From Octopus vulgaris (lineage: Eukaryota), in contig OX597833.1 of assembly GCA_951406725.2 (NCBI GenBank), positions 62,000,001 through 62,064,000 of the forward strand: a DNA stretch of 64,000 nt. Reading direction: 5' to 3'. A model generated the notes under the pieces. The model was given only the letters and a program-made list of their open reading frames with translations. It made no database searches and was not told the DNA's origin. A program made the translations under genes and the position numbers. Shown piece after piece: positions 23,981 to 37,449 of this stretch; position 1 is the first letter of the stretch, and each line of letters starts with the position of its first letter.

Positions 23981-24345
23981 ATGTATGTGTGCATGTGTGT
24001 GTATGTGTACGTGCGTGGGTGCATGTGTCTATGTGTACGTATTTGTATGTGTGTGTGTATGTATATGCGTACATGTATCAATGTATCTGTGTGTGTGCAT
24101 GCATGCATGCCTCTGTTTGTGTGTGCATGCATGCATGTCTGTGTGTGTGTGTGCATGCATGCCTCTGTGTGTGTGTGTGTGTGCGTGTGTCTGTATGTGT
24201 ACGTGTTTGTGTGTATGTGTCTGTATGTATACATATTTGTATGTGTGTGTGTATGTATATGCATACATGTATGTATCAATGTATCTGTGTGTGCGTGCAT
24301 GCATGCCTGTGTGTGTGTATGTGTGCATGCATGCATGTGTGTGTG
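23981..24345. repeat. Degenerate (TG/TGCA/TGTA)n microsatellite
   Basis: Direct reading. Confidence 0.9.
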
Positions 24346-26529
24346 AAAACCCTTATATGGCATCACATGGTGGTTGTAAACGAAGATTCCTGCTGCGCAA
24401 GTGATGTTGTTAGTTTCCAATAGTCCGTGAAAAAACATGCCTGGCAATGGGAAAACATTAGTCTGCTTAATAACAGGTGAGGGTTGGCGACAGGAAGGGC
24501 CTCTCGCTGTAGAAAATCTCCCCCCACCCCCACCCAACAAATTCCACCTGACCCATACAAACATGGAAAAGTGGATGCTACATGATGCTACATGATGATG
24601 GTGATTTAGTCAGCTGAAGTCCATCATTAAGACAAATGACTTTTGTTGTAATTTTACAACAAGAACTACAACAGTTAGTTTCTGCCCCCATTAGTGAGCT
24701 GGCAGAATCATTAACACATTGAGGCAGTGAGCTGGCAGAATGGTTAGCACGCCGGGCGAAGTGCTTAGCAGTATTTCATCTACTGTTACATTCTGAGTTC
24801 AAATTCCGCCAAGGTCGACTTTGCCTTTCATCCTTTCGGGGTCGATAAATTAAGTACCAGTTACGCACTGGAGGCGATGTAATCGACTTAATCCCTTTGT
24901 CTGTCCTTGTTTGTCCCCTCTGTGTTTAGCCCCTTGTGGGCAATAAAGAAATAAGAAACGTTAGCATGCTGGACGAAACGCTTAGCGGTATTTCATCTGC
25001 CGTTACATTCTGAGTTCAAATTCTGCCGAGGTCAACTTTGCCTTTCATCCTTTCGGGGTCGATAAATTAAGTATCAGTTACGCACTGGGGTCGATGTAAT
25101 CGACTTAATCCCTTTGTCTGTCCTTGTTTATCCCCTCTATGTTTAGCCCCTTGTGGGCAATAAAGAGATAAGAACCATTAACACATTGGGTGAAATGCCT
25201 AGTGGCATTTATGTCCATCTTTACATTCTAAGTTCAAATTCCACTGAGGTCAACTTTGCCTTTCATCCATTCCGGGGTCAGTAAAATAAGTACCAGTTGA
25301 TTACTGGGGGTTTATGTAAACTGACTTACCCTTCTCCTGAAAATGCAGGCTTTGTGCCAAAATTTGAAACCAATAATTAAGCAATTACTGGTCTTTGTGA
25401 TTGGTTAATTTTGTTACATGGTTTAGTGAAAGGAAGAAGGGCAGCGCCCTGAAAGATTTTCAGAGCATTCTAAGACAGACGCAAGGAGGTTGGAATCAAC
25501 GCTAAGACATTCTACAGTCTGCGAACCCAGAGGAACCTTAAACCAGAACATCAGACACATATGGAAGCAGCTATATTGAACCTGTCTTGAACTCATCTGT
25601 TGCCCATATATGGAATGAAAGCTGCTACAACACTGACTGTAGTACTGTAGCATGGCCACAGATCATTGACTGCAACCAGAAAAAGAGCATAAGACTATAC
25701 ACACAAAAAAGAACAGTATATGTATATACACCCACACACCCACATGCATAATTGGTTTTCATATGATGGCTGTGTGGTTAAGAAGTTTGATCCTCAATGA
25801 CATGAATAAGGGTTCGGTCCCACTGTGTGGCACCTCGAGCAAGTTTTTTTTTCTACTACTGCCTTGAAATGAACAATACCTTGTGAGTGAATTTAGTAGA
25901 TGGAAACTGAAAGAAACTTACCATAGTTGTGTGTGTGTGTTTGTGTGTGTGTGCATGTGTGTTTGTGTGTGTGTGTTTGTGTGTACACATACATTTACAC
26001 ACACACACGAGATATTACATACTAAGTAAAAAACATAGATGCTGAATGCAGATGAAGTGCAATGGATGGAAATAGATGAAGCAGGCCAGCTCCACTGGAT
26101 GGGTAATGTTGGTATAGAAGTAAGAAGATGGAAATACTATGGACATGTGATGGGTACAGAGGGGTCGACAGTTGGGGGTCAAAGAACGATCCAAGCGAAT
26201 GGAACTTAGAGAAGAAAAATACTGAGAAAGCTGATCTTTGGAGGGCAAACTTGATGAAGGAGGAGCTGATAGGGGACTGCAATAAGTGGTGACATGCTGT
26301 ATGGAGAAGACCTAACCAACCCATAACAAGCATGGAAAAACTAACCAAAAAAAATCACGACACACCCTCACAAATATACACTCGCACGAACAAACACACA
26401 CACATACACAAAAACACACACATTTTTCCATAATTCTCAGTATGAGAGATTAAAAAGCAAGTTCCGAGTTAAGGATGTATATTCAACACATCCAGTTTCT
26501 CATACTCATTATTCATGGAGGGGAGAAAA

Positions 26530-26850
26530 TCAGGTGTAGTGTTGGCGAATCTCAGGAAGCATGGAAGTTTTGAAGGATGCAGTGCTCCGACAACTAACAA
26601 CTGATGCCGGCAGTTTGTTCCATGCTTCAGCAACTCTCAGCGTGAAAAAAATATTTCCGAAAGTCATGGGAGCTGTGCTGTTTTATGACTTTGTAAACAT
26701 GTTCACGGGTGGAGTTTGAAAAGGTGCTCAGAGTTATTGTTTGTAAGATGGTTAATAATTTTATGGGTGTCTGCCAAGTCAGCTGCTAGACATTGGAGTT
26801 TCAATGTATCCATGCCCAGGGAAGTAAGGCGTTCAGAATATGGCAAGATA
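26530..26850 (-). mobile_element. CR1-like LINE 3' fragment
   Basis: LPYSERLTSLGMDTLK...FRKYFFTLRVAEAWNKLPASVV. Confidence 0.75.
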
Positions 26851-27561
26851 CACTGCCCATTCAAAAACAAAGACTTTTAACTTCACTGCATCAGTGACCA
26901 GGTTACAGTTGGCGTGATGAAAATTTTGACACCAAATAAATATTTAAGTGAAATTAAGTCTTTGTGTGTTTTTTAAATGGCCAAAACATGACTTCCATGG
27001 TGTAATTGTTTTAGTTTCAACACACGGTTGAATACAATAAGCGCAGGCATGGCTGTGTTTGCTTCCCAACTGCCTGGTACTTAATCTCAAACAATGTAGA
27101 TAAAAAAGCATTATATTTGACCAAGGAATCTAAATGCTAAATGGTAAAGCCAGCCATATCCAGCCCAAGTATTCTCCCTGTTTCAGGTTCAAGTCAGCCA
27201 GATCTAACCTCTCACACCTGCCTTACAATGTCGTTGCAAAAATAAACAATCACATCATTGCAATCCTGACGCTACAGAGCAATACATGGTTAATTCAAGG
27301 CATGATTAATTAATTCAAAGCATTACATTTGACAGATTAATTCGAATGCTAAAAGGTTAACGAACACACAGACTAAGAATTGTTGAGTTGGAATGAATGC
27401 CAGCAGTGTATAAATAAATAATTAAATGGAGCACTTCGTTAGTGATTTGTGAAGCAAAAAATGTTAAGTAATTATCTACTTAAATATTGATGAATGTAAC
27501 AGATGTGTGTATACTTTTGATGTGTGAGGTAATGTGATAGTCCGAAAGCTTCATCAAAATG

Positions 27562-27564
<3 letters not shown>

Positions 27565-27612
<48 letters not shown>

Positions 27613-27693
27613 ATATATATATATATACACACATATATAAATAAATATATATATATACATACACATCGGTATATATATATTTATGTATATATG

Positions 27694-27732
<39 letters not shown>

Positions 27733-27806
27733 CAATATACCACTAGCTGGCATATACAGGTGCTTACAGTTATCAAGTATTCACCCTGAATTTTTTATAT
27801 GTATCA

Positions 27807-27879
<73 letters not shown>

Positions 27880-27891
27880 TGTACGTATCAA

Positions 27892-27925
<34 letters not shown>

Positions 27926-27942
27926 AAAACGTGTGTATATCA

Positions 27943-27983
<41 letters not shown>

Positions 27984-28439
27984 CTCTTTTCTACCATGGT
28001 CTTAAAAAACATGGAAGTAAAAGTAAATTTTTTTTTTTTAAAAAGGCCTAAAATTCTAAATCAAAACAAAAACAATTTTCAGAGTGCAGAAACTAGACTT
28101 CTCACCATCTCTCTCTCTCTCACATTCTCTAACTCTCTCTCTGACGTACATGCACACACACACACACACATGTGCGTGTGCACATAACATACACAGACCA
28201 ACGTACACACACGTGTGCATAAACAGACGTACTGCGTAACAGTCTATAAAAATAATGAAGGGTGTAATTTACAAAACATCAAAACTACTAGAATCACTTA
28301 CCAAGATGTAGAAATCTCAATGATAGATGGAGCTTCCGAAGAATTTTTTGCATTGTAATACACTAACCTAAAGTGGTATAAACATAGAATTGAAGAGTAA
28401 GATTGAACGAAATGAACACGATATATGTGTATATATGTA

Positions 28440-28513
<74 letters not shown>

Positions 28514-28559
28514 TATATGTATGTATGTATGTATATATATATATATATACATATATATG

Positions 28560-28602
<43 letters not shown>

Positions 28603-28698
28603 TATGCATGTATAGAGAAGTGTATATAGGCTTTTAGGCATGTTGTGTGTGTTTGTGTATATATATATATATATACATATGTATATATGGTATATGTG

Positions 28699-28732
<34 letters not shown>

Positions 28733-28769
28733 GTATATGTGTATGTGTATATATATATAAGTATATATG

Positions 28770-28812
<43 letters not shown>

Positions 28813-28897
28813 TCTATGGTATATATGTATATATGGCATATATGTATATATGGCACACACACACATATATATGTATAAATAAAATATATGTACATGC

Positions 28898-28939
<42 letters not shown>

Positions 28940-28940
28940 A
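27565..28940. repeat. Two large compound (TA)n blocks (27565-27980, 28420-28940) flanking a unique island
   Basis: Direct reading. Confidence 0.9.
28302..28353 (-). CDS. CRBN: Candidate alternative coding exon of cereblon (whole exon 28302-28367; [17 protein letters not shown] + G, phase 1)
   Basis: Acceptor ttctatgtttataccactttAG, donor TTG|GTAAGT. Internal ATG (attacaATG) is open to the donor and in frame with exon 2. No homology or transcript support. Confidence 0.35.
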
Positions 28941-29891
28941 TAGCTGTTGTGCGCAGTAGTGATTTGTGGAAATAAGTAGCTTTAAGAAAGAAAGAGAGAA
29001 ACAAAAGCTGCTTTAACTATGGGAAGGTGACATGATTGGGTGTGATCTAGCAGGTAGGTTTATGATCTAATAATAGTTGTAGAGGCTCTAAGTGGTCCTG
29101 CGACCTGCTAGAAATAGCAGCCAAATATCTTCTTAAATGACACCCTAAAAAAGATAATGGAAGGACACATTAAACAAAGTAGTCCAAGATATACAATGCC
29201 TGAAAAGATAACGAGGTGGTCGTAGCTGAGTAGAAAAAAATATTTTCATGATAAGTAGCTTGCTAACCAACCACATGGTTCCGGGTTCAGTCCCACTGCG
29301 TGGCATCTTGGGCAAGTGTCTTCTGCTATAGCCCCGGGCCGACCAATACCTTGTGAGTGGATTTGGTAGGCGGAAACTGAAAGAAGCCCGTCGTATATAT
29401 GTATATATATATATATGTATGTGCATGTGTGTGTTTGTGTGTCTGTGTTTGTCCCCCTAGCATTGCTTGACAACCGATGCTGGTGTGTTTATGTCCCCGT
29501 CACTTAGCGGTTCGGCAAAGGAGACCGATAGAATAAGTACTAGGCTTACAAAGAATAAGTCCTGGGGTCGATTTGCTCGACTAAAGGCGGTGCTCCAGCA
29601 TGGCCGCAGTCAAATGACTGAAACAAGTAAAAGAGTAAAAGAGTAAAGAGAGTTCAACTCAATCAAAGCTGACTTTGGGCTAAATAGCAACACTTGTTGC
29701 TTAACCTCAGTTCGAACTTATGATCAAGGCTTTCCAATCATGACCACCCACCCTGTTTTTTATTCATGTATCTTGTGTACCTAGGACCACACCGTTCAAT
29801 GTGCCACTACCATTTTTTCATGACAGCAGTTTATGATTTGAAGGAGACAAGGACACCTAGCTGCTATTTCTGGTTTAGTAGTGTGGTGGTG

Positions 29892-29954
<63 letters not shown>

Positions 29955-32900
29955 AGGGTGGGTGGTACTACTACTGATAGTTGCAGATGGGGGTTGGTTG
30001 AGATGAATATTGATTCTTAATGCAATGAGACACAGAAGTAATTGAACCCTCCCACTCGTAGCCACCTGAGATTTGACCCCAGTTCTACCATACAATCCTC
30101 AGTCTCTGTTTCCTTTGTGAGACCCTAGAACAGCAGTTCTCAACCACAGCTCCCAGGGACACATGCAGCCTTCAGGCATCTTTTCAGCAGTTATCAAAGT
30201 CTTCCCTCTAAAAAATAGTTTTTTATTTTTCTTTAATTGACTTGGAGATTTTACTTATTTTGGTGCAGCGGCCCCTAAAAAAATTCAGCTTTTGGATCCG
30301 GCCTGGATATTAAAACAGTTGAGAATCACTGCCCATGCATGTGGATTTGCAAACTTCTTCTCTGCTGAATATCAAAACAATTTCCATCCATCCATCCATC
30401 TATCCATCTCGTTTGCTCAATCTCTTAGGGGTTGTCGTCAGGGAACAGTCCTCAAGCATAGGAACCTACCAGAAGCAGCCAACACTATCCATTCTGGCTA
30501 GATTTCCAAGCATGACCAATTGGAACTATATATATTGTTTTAGTCTACCCCTAGGTCTCCTGCCTGTTGACTAAGCTTGAGGAATCTGTCTTGTGGGGGT
30601 TTTTTTCCTGTAACATTCTAATCACATGTCCATAGTCCCGAAGAGCTGTGACCTCTCGATGTAGAGAATTAGCAGCTGGACCAAAACAGAGTCCATGACA
30701 CTTGTGCTATACATCCTGCCAAGTAACATTACTCCAGAGATCCTAAGGTGGAGGTGCATAGCTTAGTGGTTAGGGTGTTGGACTCATGATCGCAAGAATA
30801 TGGTTTCGATTCCCTGACCAGGCGACGTGTTGTGTTCTTGAACCAAGCACTTCATTTCATGTTGCTCCAGTCCACTCAGCCGGCAAAAGTGAGTTATCCT
30901 GTGATGGACCAGCGTCCTACCCAGGTGGGGAATTTACATGCCATGGAAACTGGGAAACCGGCCCTTATGAGTCGACATGATTTGAGAAAGTAACCTTACT
31001 CCTTTTTTTGGAGATCCTGAGGAGGAACACCCTTTTGGCCACTTGCATTTGTGATTGTACTCTTTCGGTCGTTACCCAACATTCAGGACCCTAATTGAGG
31101 ACAGGCATGAAAACTGTATTGAAGGTTTGGAAAACAAGATGTTAGTTACCCATACATGTAAATCTTACTTCTCTACACCACCAATGATGTCTAAGAAAAA
31201 GGCAAAAGCTAACACAGCTTGACCCTGATGTTGTTGCAGGAATTGTCACCAGACTTCAAAGCACTAGGACAGGTGTCATAAGGTGTTCTGTCCGAGGCTG
31301 TACAATTCTGCCCACCCACATTCCTGGACTGGTATTTTTTTAAAACTATCCTGGAAGGATGGAAGGCCTAATTGACTTCATAAGGGTTTGAACTCATAGC
31401 ACAGAGATCTGGAATAAATACCGTACAGGTGCAGGCACAGTTGTGTGGTTAAGAAGCTCACTTTGCAAGCATGTGGAGTCAGGTTCAGTCCCACTGCACA
31501 GCACCTTGGGCAAGTGTCACCTACTATAGCACCAGCTGACCTATGCTTTGTGAGTGAATTTGGTAGATGGAAACTGTGTGGAACCCCATAGTATCATCAT
31601 CATCATCGTTTAACATCTGCTTTCCATGCTAGCATGGGTTGGACGATTTGACCAAGGACTGGCGAACCAGATGGCTGCACCAGACTGCAATCTTGATCTG
31701 GGAGAGTTTCAACAGCTGGGTGCCCTTCCTAATGCCAACCACTCCAAAAGTGTAGTGGGTGCTTTTGTATGCATATATACATGTGTGTGTGTGTTCTTGT
31801 CTGTGTTTGTCCTCCAATCTTATTATCTCTTAACAACTGGCATTGGTTTGTTTATGTACCCATAACTTAGCAGTATGGCAAAAAAGAAAACTGATACAAT
31901 AAGTACAAGACTTAAAAAAAACAGGAAGTACTGGGGGGGTCAACCAATTCAACTGAAACCCTCCCAGGTGATGCCCCAGCATGGCCACAGTCCAATGACT
32001 GAAACAAGTAAAAGATAAAAGATAATGTATTCTGTCTCCTATACAATTACAACTGTATAATTAACCCTCCCCCCCCTTCACCACAGTGACATCTTGTTTC
32101 AAGTAAGTATGAGTCTAAACTGAAAGCTTCCCCCAGAAATTTATGCAAGAAACTTTGGTTGTGTTCCAAACACAAGTTTAAATATATCAGCAGTCTTCGT
32201 ATTTGTCTTTGGTTGAGTTCCAAACGTTGGCCTAAATGCTGAAAGAATGTTGGTTGTTCTACTCTGAAACTGACTGAATCACAGGGACAGATTGTTTTGT
32301 GGAGAATACGTGCAGTAAATCGTTAAACACAAAGGCACATTGATAATAAAGGAATGGCTTTTGGGTAAGGAGCTTGCTTTCCAACCACATGGTACCGAGT
32401 TCAGTCCCACGGCATAGCACCTCGGGCAAGTGTCTTCTGCTATAGCCCTGGGCCAACCAAAGCCTTGCGAGTACATTTGGTAGGTGGAAATGAAAGGAGC
32501 TAATTGTGTGTTTGCATATATACATATACACTTAATACACACTTATATTCTCTTTTCACTTTCTCTTTTACTTGTTTCAGTCATTTGACTGCGGCCATGC
32601 TGGAGCACCGCCTTTAATCGAGCAACTCGACCCCGGGACTTATTCTTTGTAAGCCCAGTACTTATTCTATCGGTCCCTTTTGCCGAACCGCTATGTGAAG
32701 GGGACATAAACACACCAGCATCAGTTGTCAAGCAATGTTAGGGGGACAAACACAAACATACACGCACACACACATATACATATATATACATATATACGAC
32801 GGGCTTCTTTCAGTTTCCATCTACCAAATCCACTCACAAGGCTTTGGTCGGCCTGAGTCTATAGTAGAAGACACTTGCCCAAGGTGCCATGCAGTGGGAT

Positions 32901-33929
32901 TGAACCCGGAACCATGTGGTTGGTAAACAAGCTACTTACCACACAGCCACTCCCGCGATATATATAAAAAGAGAGAGGGGGGAGATATGAGGGGTGCTGA
33001 AAACTTCCTGGCTTTGGGTAAAAGAAACTACAGGAGGATCGGTTGTGATTTTATTCCACATATTCCCCTCTCAGATTCACACACTTATTGCAGCGGTCCT
33101 TCAGTTTTTCTAAGACTTGTAAAAGAACTCCGAAGGTTAGGGCTCCAACCAAGCCTTTTGTAACACCCTTAACATCAGGACCAAAGGGGATCTTTACTGT
33201 TTACCTGCTTCGAGGACCACTGTTCCAAAAAAGAATTATTTCACATTCTCCCAAAATTTATAAATTCTTATAGCACCAATAATTCAGACATTTCATTCTT
33301 TATATTTGTTTTGAGCCTGAAATTTCAATTCCATAATTAAAATTTCAATTTGGCCAGGAAATTTTACAGACCTGGGTCCAATATTTTTCTGTACTTCCTC
33401 CTATGACCCACCAGCAAGCACAATGTACTCCCTGTACCACTTTCTCATAAGACCCTGGGTGGTCAAGTTAAACAAGACAATGTATTAGACCACCACCTAC
33501 CAACAGATAGTCAATCAGACAGGCTTTCACACAGTTTCCATCTCCAACCAACTAAATTTCATTCACAAGGCTTTAGTTGACCCAACGCTGTGGTAAAAGA
33601 CACCTACCTAAGATTTCATAGAGAGGGATTGAACCTGAAATCATGGGATTGCAAACACAAAGCATGGACTCCTTAGTTACCAATCATGCCTGGCTACCAC
33701 CATACTACCATTGATCTGCTCAATCAAAGAATAGATGATCTTTCATAAAGATTTCATTGATTATAAACAATTTTGAATAATCTGGTGATCAGAAGACAAA
33801 TCGGTTGTGATTCACAAAGGGCATCACCATTGTTTTTCGTCGTAACAGTTCAGACAGTCACTTCTACTACCATGCAGCAGATCTATTACTAAAGTTCTTG
33901 CAATAAAAATTCCTTAAGATAAACGAAAC

Positions 33930-35000
33930 AGTGAGTATTCATAGAGGATATATATTTCTTTACTACCCACAAGGGGCTAAACACAGAGTGGACAAACAAG
34001 GACAGACAAACGGATTAAGTCGATTACATCAACCCCAGTGCGTAACTGGTACTTAATTTATTGACCCCGAAAGGATGAAAGGCAAAGTCGACCTCGGTGG
34101 AATTTGAACCCAGAACGTAACGGCAGACGAAATACGGCTACGCATTTCGCCCGGCATGCTAACGTTTCTGCCAGCTCGCTGTATTCATAGAGGATATAGC
34201 ATAGCTGTCAGTATTCAGGGAAGATATAACATAGTTAATGGTATTCACAGAGAAAGGGCGGCGAGCTGGCAGAAACGTTAGCACGCCGGGCGAAATGCGT
34301 AGCCTTATTTTGTCTGCTGTTACGTTCTGAGTTCAAATTCCGCCAAGGTCGACTTTGCTTTTCGTCCTTTCGGGGTCGATAAATTAAGTACCAGTTACAC
34401 ACTGGGGTCGATATAATCAACTTAATCTATTTGTCTGTCCTTGTTTGTCCCCTCTGTGTTTAGCCCCTTGTGGGTAGTAAAGAAATAGGTATTTTGTCTG
34501 CCGCTACGTTCTGAGTTCAAATTCTGCCGAGGTCAACTTTGCTTTTCGTCCTTTTGGGGTTGATAAATTAAGTACCAGTTACACACTGGGGTCGATATAA
34601 TCAACTTAATCCATTTGTCTGTCCTTGTTTGTCCTCTCTGTGTTTAGCCCCTTGTGGGTAGTAAGAAAATAGGTATTCATAGAGAATAAAATATGACTAA
34701 ATATTCATAGGGGATATAACATAGCTGTGAGTATTCATAAAGCATACAAGATAGCTGTCAGTATTCAGAAGATATAACATAACTGTTAGTACCCATAGAA
34801 GATATAGCATAGCTATTTGCATTCGTAGAGGATATTACATAGCTGTGAGTATACATAGAGGATATAACATAACTGTTAGTATTCATACAGGATTTAACAT
34901 AGCTGTGAGTATTTGTAGAGGATATAACATGGTTGTTGGCATTTAGAGAGGATATAACATAGTTGTGAGTATCCAGAGAGGATATAGCATAAATATTAGT
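33930..35000. repeat. 30-bp minisatellite (AGTATTCATAGAGGATATAACATAGCTGTG) interrupted by family B SINEs
   Basis: About 11 contiguous units at 34673-35000, with further units at 33930 and 34180-34255. Confidence 0.9.
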
Positions 35001-35874
35001 AATGATGTGCATATGTATTTTTAACATGCCCCTGCACACTAGAACGTGAATGGCATTTGCTATGGTATTTTTCTTTTAGAAAACTTATTTCTCCTTACAG
35101 ATTTTGTGTGCAAAAACATGCCCAGCATCAAGTAATGTTAGCAGACTACCAGACACTGGTGTTTCAGTGTCATTTCACCTTCTCAGTGATAGTTACCACC
35201 TTGATTATTTGGAGCAAGTCAAGAACTTCTGTTCCTACATATAGAAAATAGCAGACAAAATATTTGGCTGGTGTGTGCTGAGACTTGTTAAGATGGAAAG
35301 CAAAGATCAAAATAATGATGTGTTTGGACAATAGCTTATAATCTCAATGAATGTGAATACTTGTTAGTATTCATACAGGATATAACTTTTGTAGTGTATG
35401 TGTGGACACACAGACACACATACAGAAACAGAGATAGATGCTTCACATGAAAAGTGACTGAGTTACAAGCACTGAGTTTCTGCAATTTCAAAGACATGGA
35501 ATAAAAGATGTTATACTTAAAAAATAGCTAAAGGTTAACAAAAGGAAGAGCATCCACCTATAAAACAAAGCTTCAATAATATATATTCATCTAACCCATG
35601 CTAGCATGGGAAAACTGACATAAAAACAAATGAACAAAACACAATACAACTGTAACTTCTTCACAATTTCAATAATGAATGCCCAGATTCTGAGGTAAGT
35701 TTCTGGCAAGTTTAGCCAAGAACATGGTTTACTATCCCAGATCATATTCCACTTCATTGATATACACCTCTGTTCTAATTCTGACACCAAATACCTAAGA
35801 AAAGAAACCAATATCTAATTAATCTTTCAGCATTCAGATTACTTTTGTTAAAGGTTTGCTTTTTTATCCACATT

Positions 35875-36190
35875 GGTTTGAATTAATCAGGCATTATCTC
35901 ATAGCTTCGAGATTTCAAAGATGTGATTGTTTATTTGTAGAATGACATTGTAGGGTAGGTGTGAGAGGCTGGATCTGGCCTTGTTTTGAATTAATCATGC
36001 ATTATCTCATAGCTTTGAGATTTCAAAGATGTGATTGTTCATTTGTAGAATGACATTGTAGGATAGGTGTGAGAGGCTGGATCTGGCCTTGTTTTGAATT
36101 AATCATGCATTATCTCATAGCTTTGAGATTTCAAAGATGTGATTGTTCATTTGTAGAATGACATTGTAGGATAGGTGTGATATGCCAAAT
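35875..36190. repeat. Three ~102-bp tandem units inside a piggyBac-like MITE
   Basis: TTTGAATTAATCATGCATTATCTCATAGC...GGTGTGAGAGGCTGGATCTGGCC repeated. Confidence 0.85.
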
Positions 36191-36872
36191 TTGGCTAGTT
36201 TGAAAATGAAACAAATAGAGTATTTAATCCAGATTATGGCTGGTTTAAGTGCTAAAGGGATAAGCTATTTTAGAGAGATAAACATTGATTTCATTTTAAT
36301 GCAGAAACAAAATATTCCAGAGGCAAATGTGGTGATCTAGGGACTAGCAATCCAGTTTGTAGAAACATGTGGAATAAAATATTCTACCAAATGTACAATG
36401 AAATACCTGTGGTGGATTTAAACACAAGAGTTACAAAGTAGAAATCTACTAGTTCAACTAAGCAGTAGCATAAGTTCTTTGTATGTTTGTAATATGAAGA
36501 ACACTGTTAGAAAGGAGTTTCAGATGCTTGAACCAGCCAGGATCCCTGGTCTGGTGGTACGTAAAAAGCACTATCCGACTCGTGGCCACCTCGACTGCCT
36601 TCCGTGCCGGTGGCACATAAAATACACCGATCCGACCATGGTCGTTGCCAGCCCCGCCTGGCACCTGTGCAGGTGGCACGTAAAAAGCACCCACTACACT
36701 CACGGAGTGGTTGGCGTTAGGAAGGGCATCCAGCTGTAGAAACATTGCCAGATAAGACTGGAGCCTGGTGCAGCCTTCTGGCTTCCCAGATCCCCGGTCG
36801 AACCGTCCAACCCATGCTAGCATGGAGAACGGACGTTAAACGATGATGATGATGATGATGATATATATTTAT

Positions 36873-36929
<57 letters not shown>

Positions 36930-37094
36930 TATATATATACATACATTATATATATATATTTATATATATATCACCGTGATCACCGTGACCGACCAGACTA
37001 TCAGATGTTGCTACACATCGCTGGTCACAATGCGCTTCGCATTGTTTTAGCCTTCAAATGACGCCACACCGCTGGCTAAGCGAGCAGGCCAATT

Positions 37095-37425
<331 letters not shown>

Positions 37426-37449
37426 TGAGACTGATGATAAGTAACTCAA

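Noticed and set aside
27559-29004. Many long YI/IY-rich ORFs (also 37054-37510, 53436-53750, 55471-56319, 58874-59594, 62954-63457)
   Set aside because: Translations of (TA)n, (GATA)n and (CATA)n microsatellites
33782-33830. Possible C/D-box snoRNA (TGGTGATGC...CTGATCACCA, minus strand)
   Set aside because: Box C is imperfect and the span is only about 47 nt, too short
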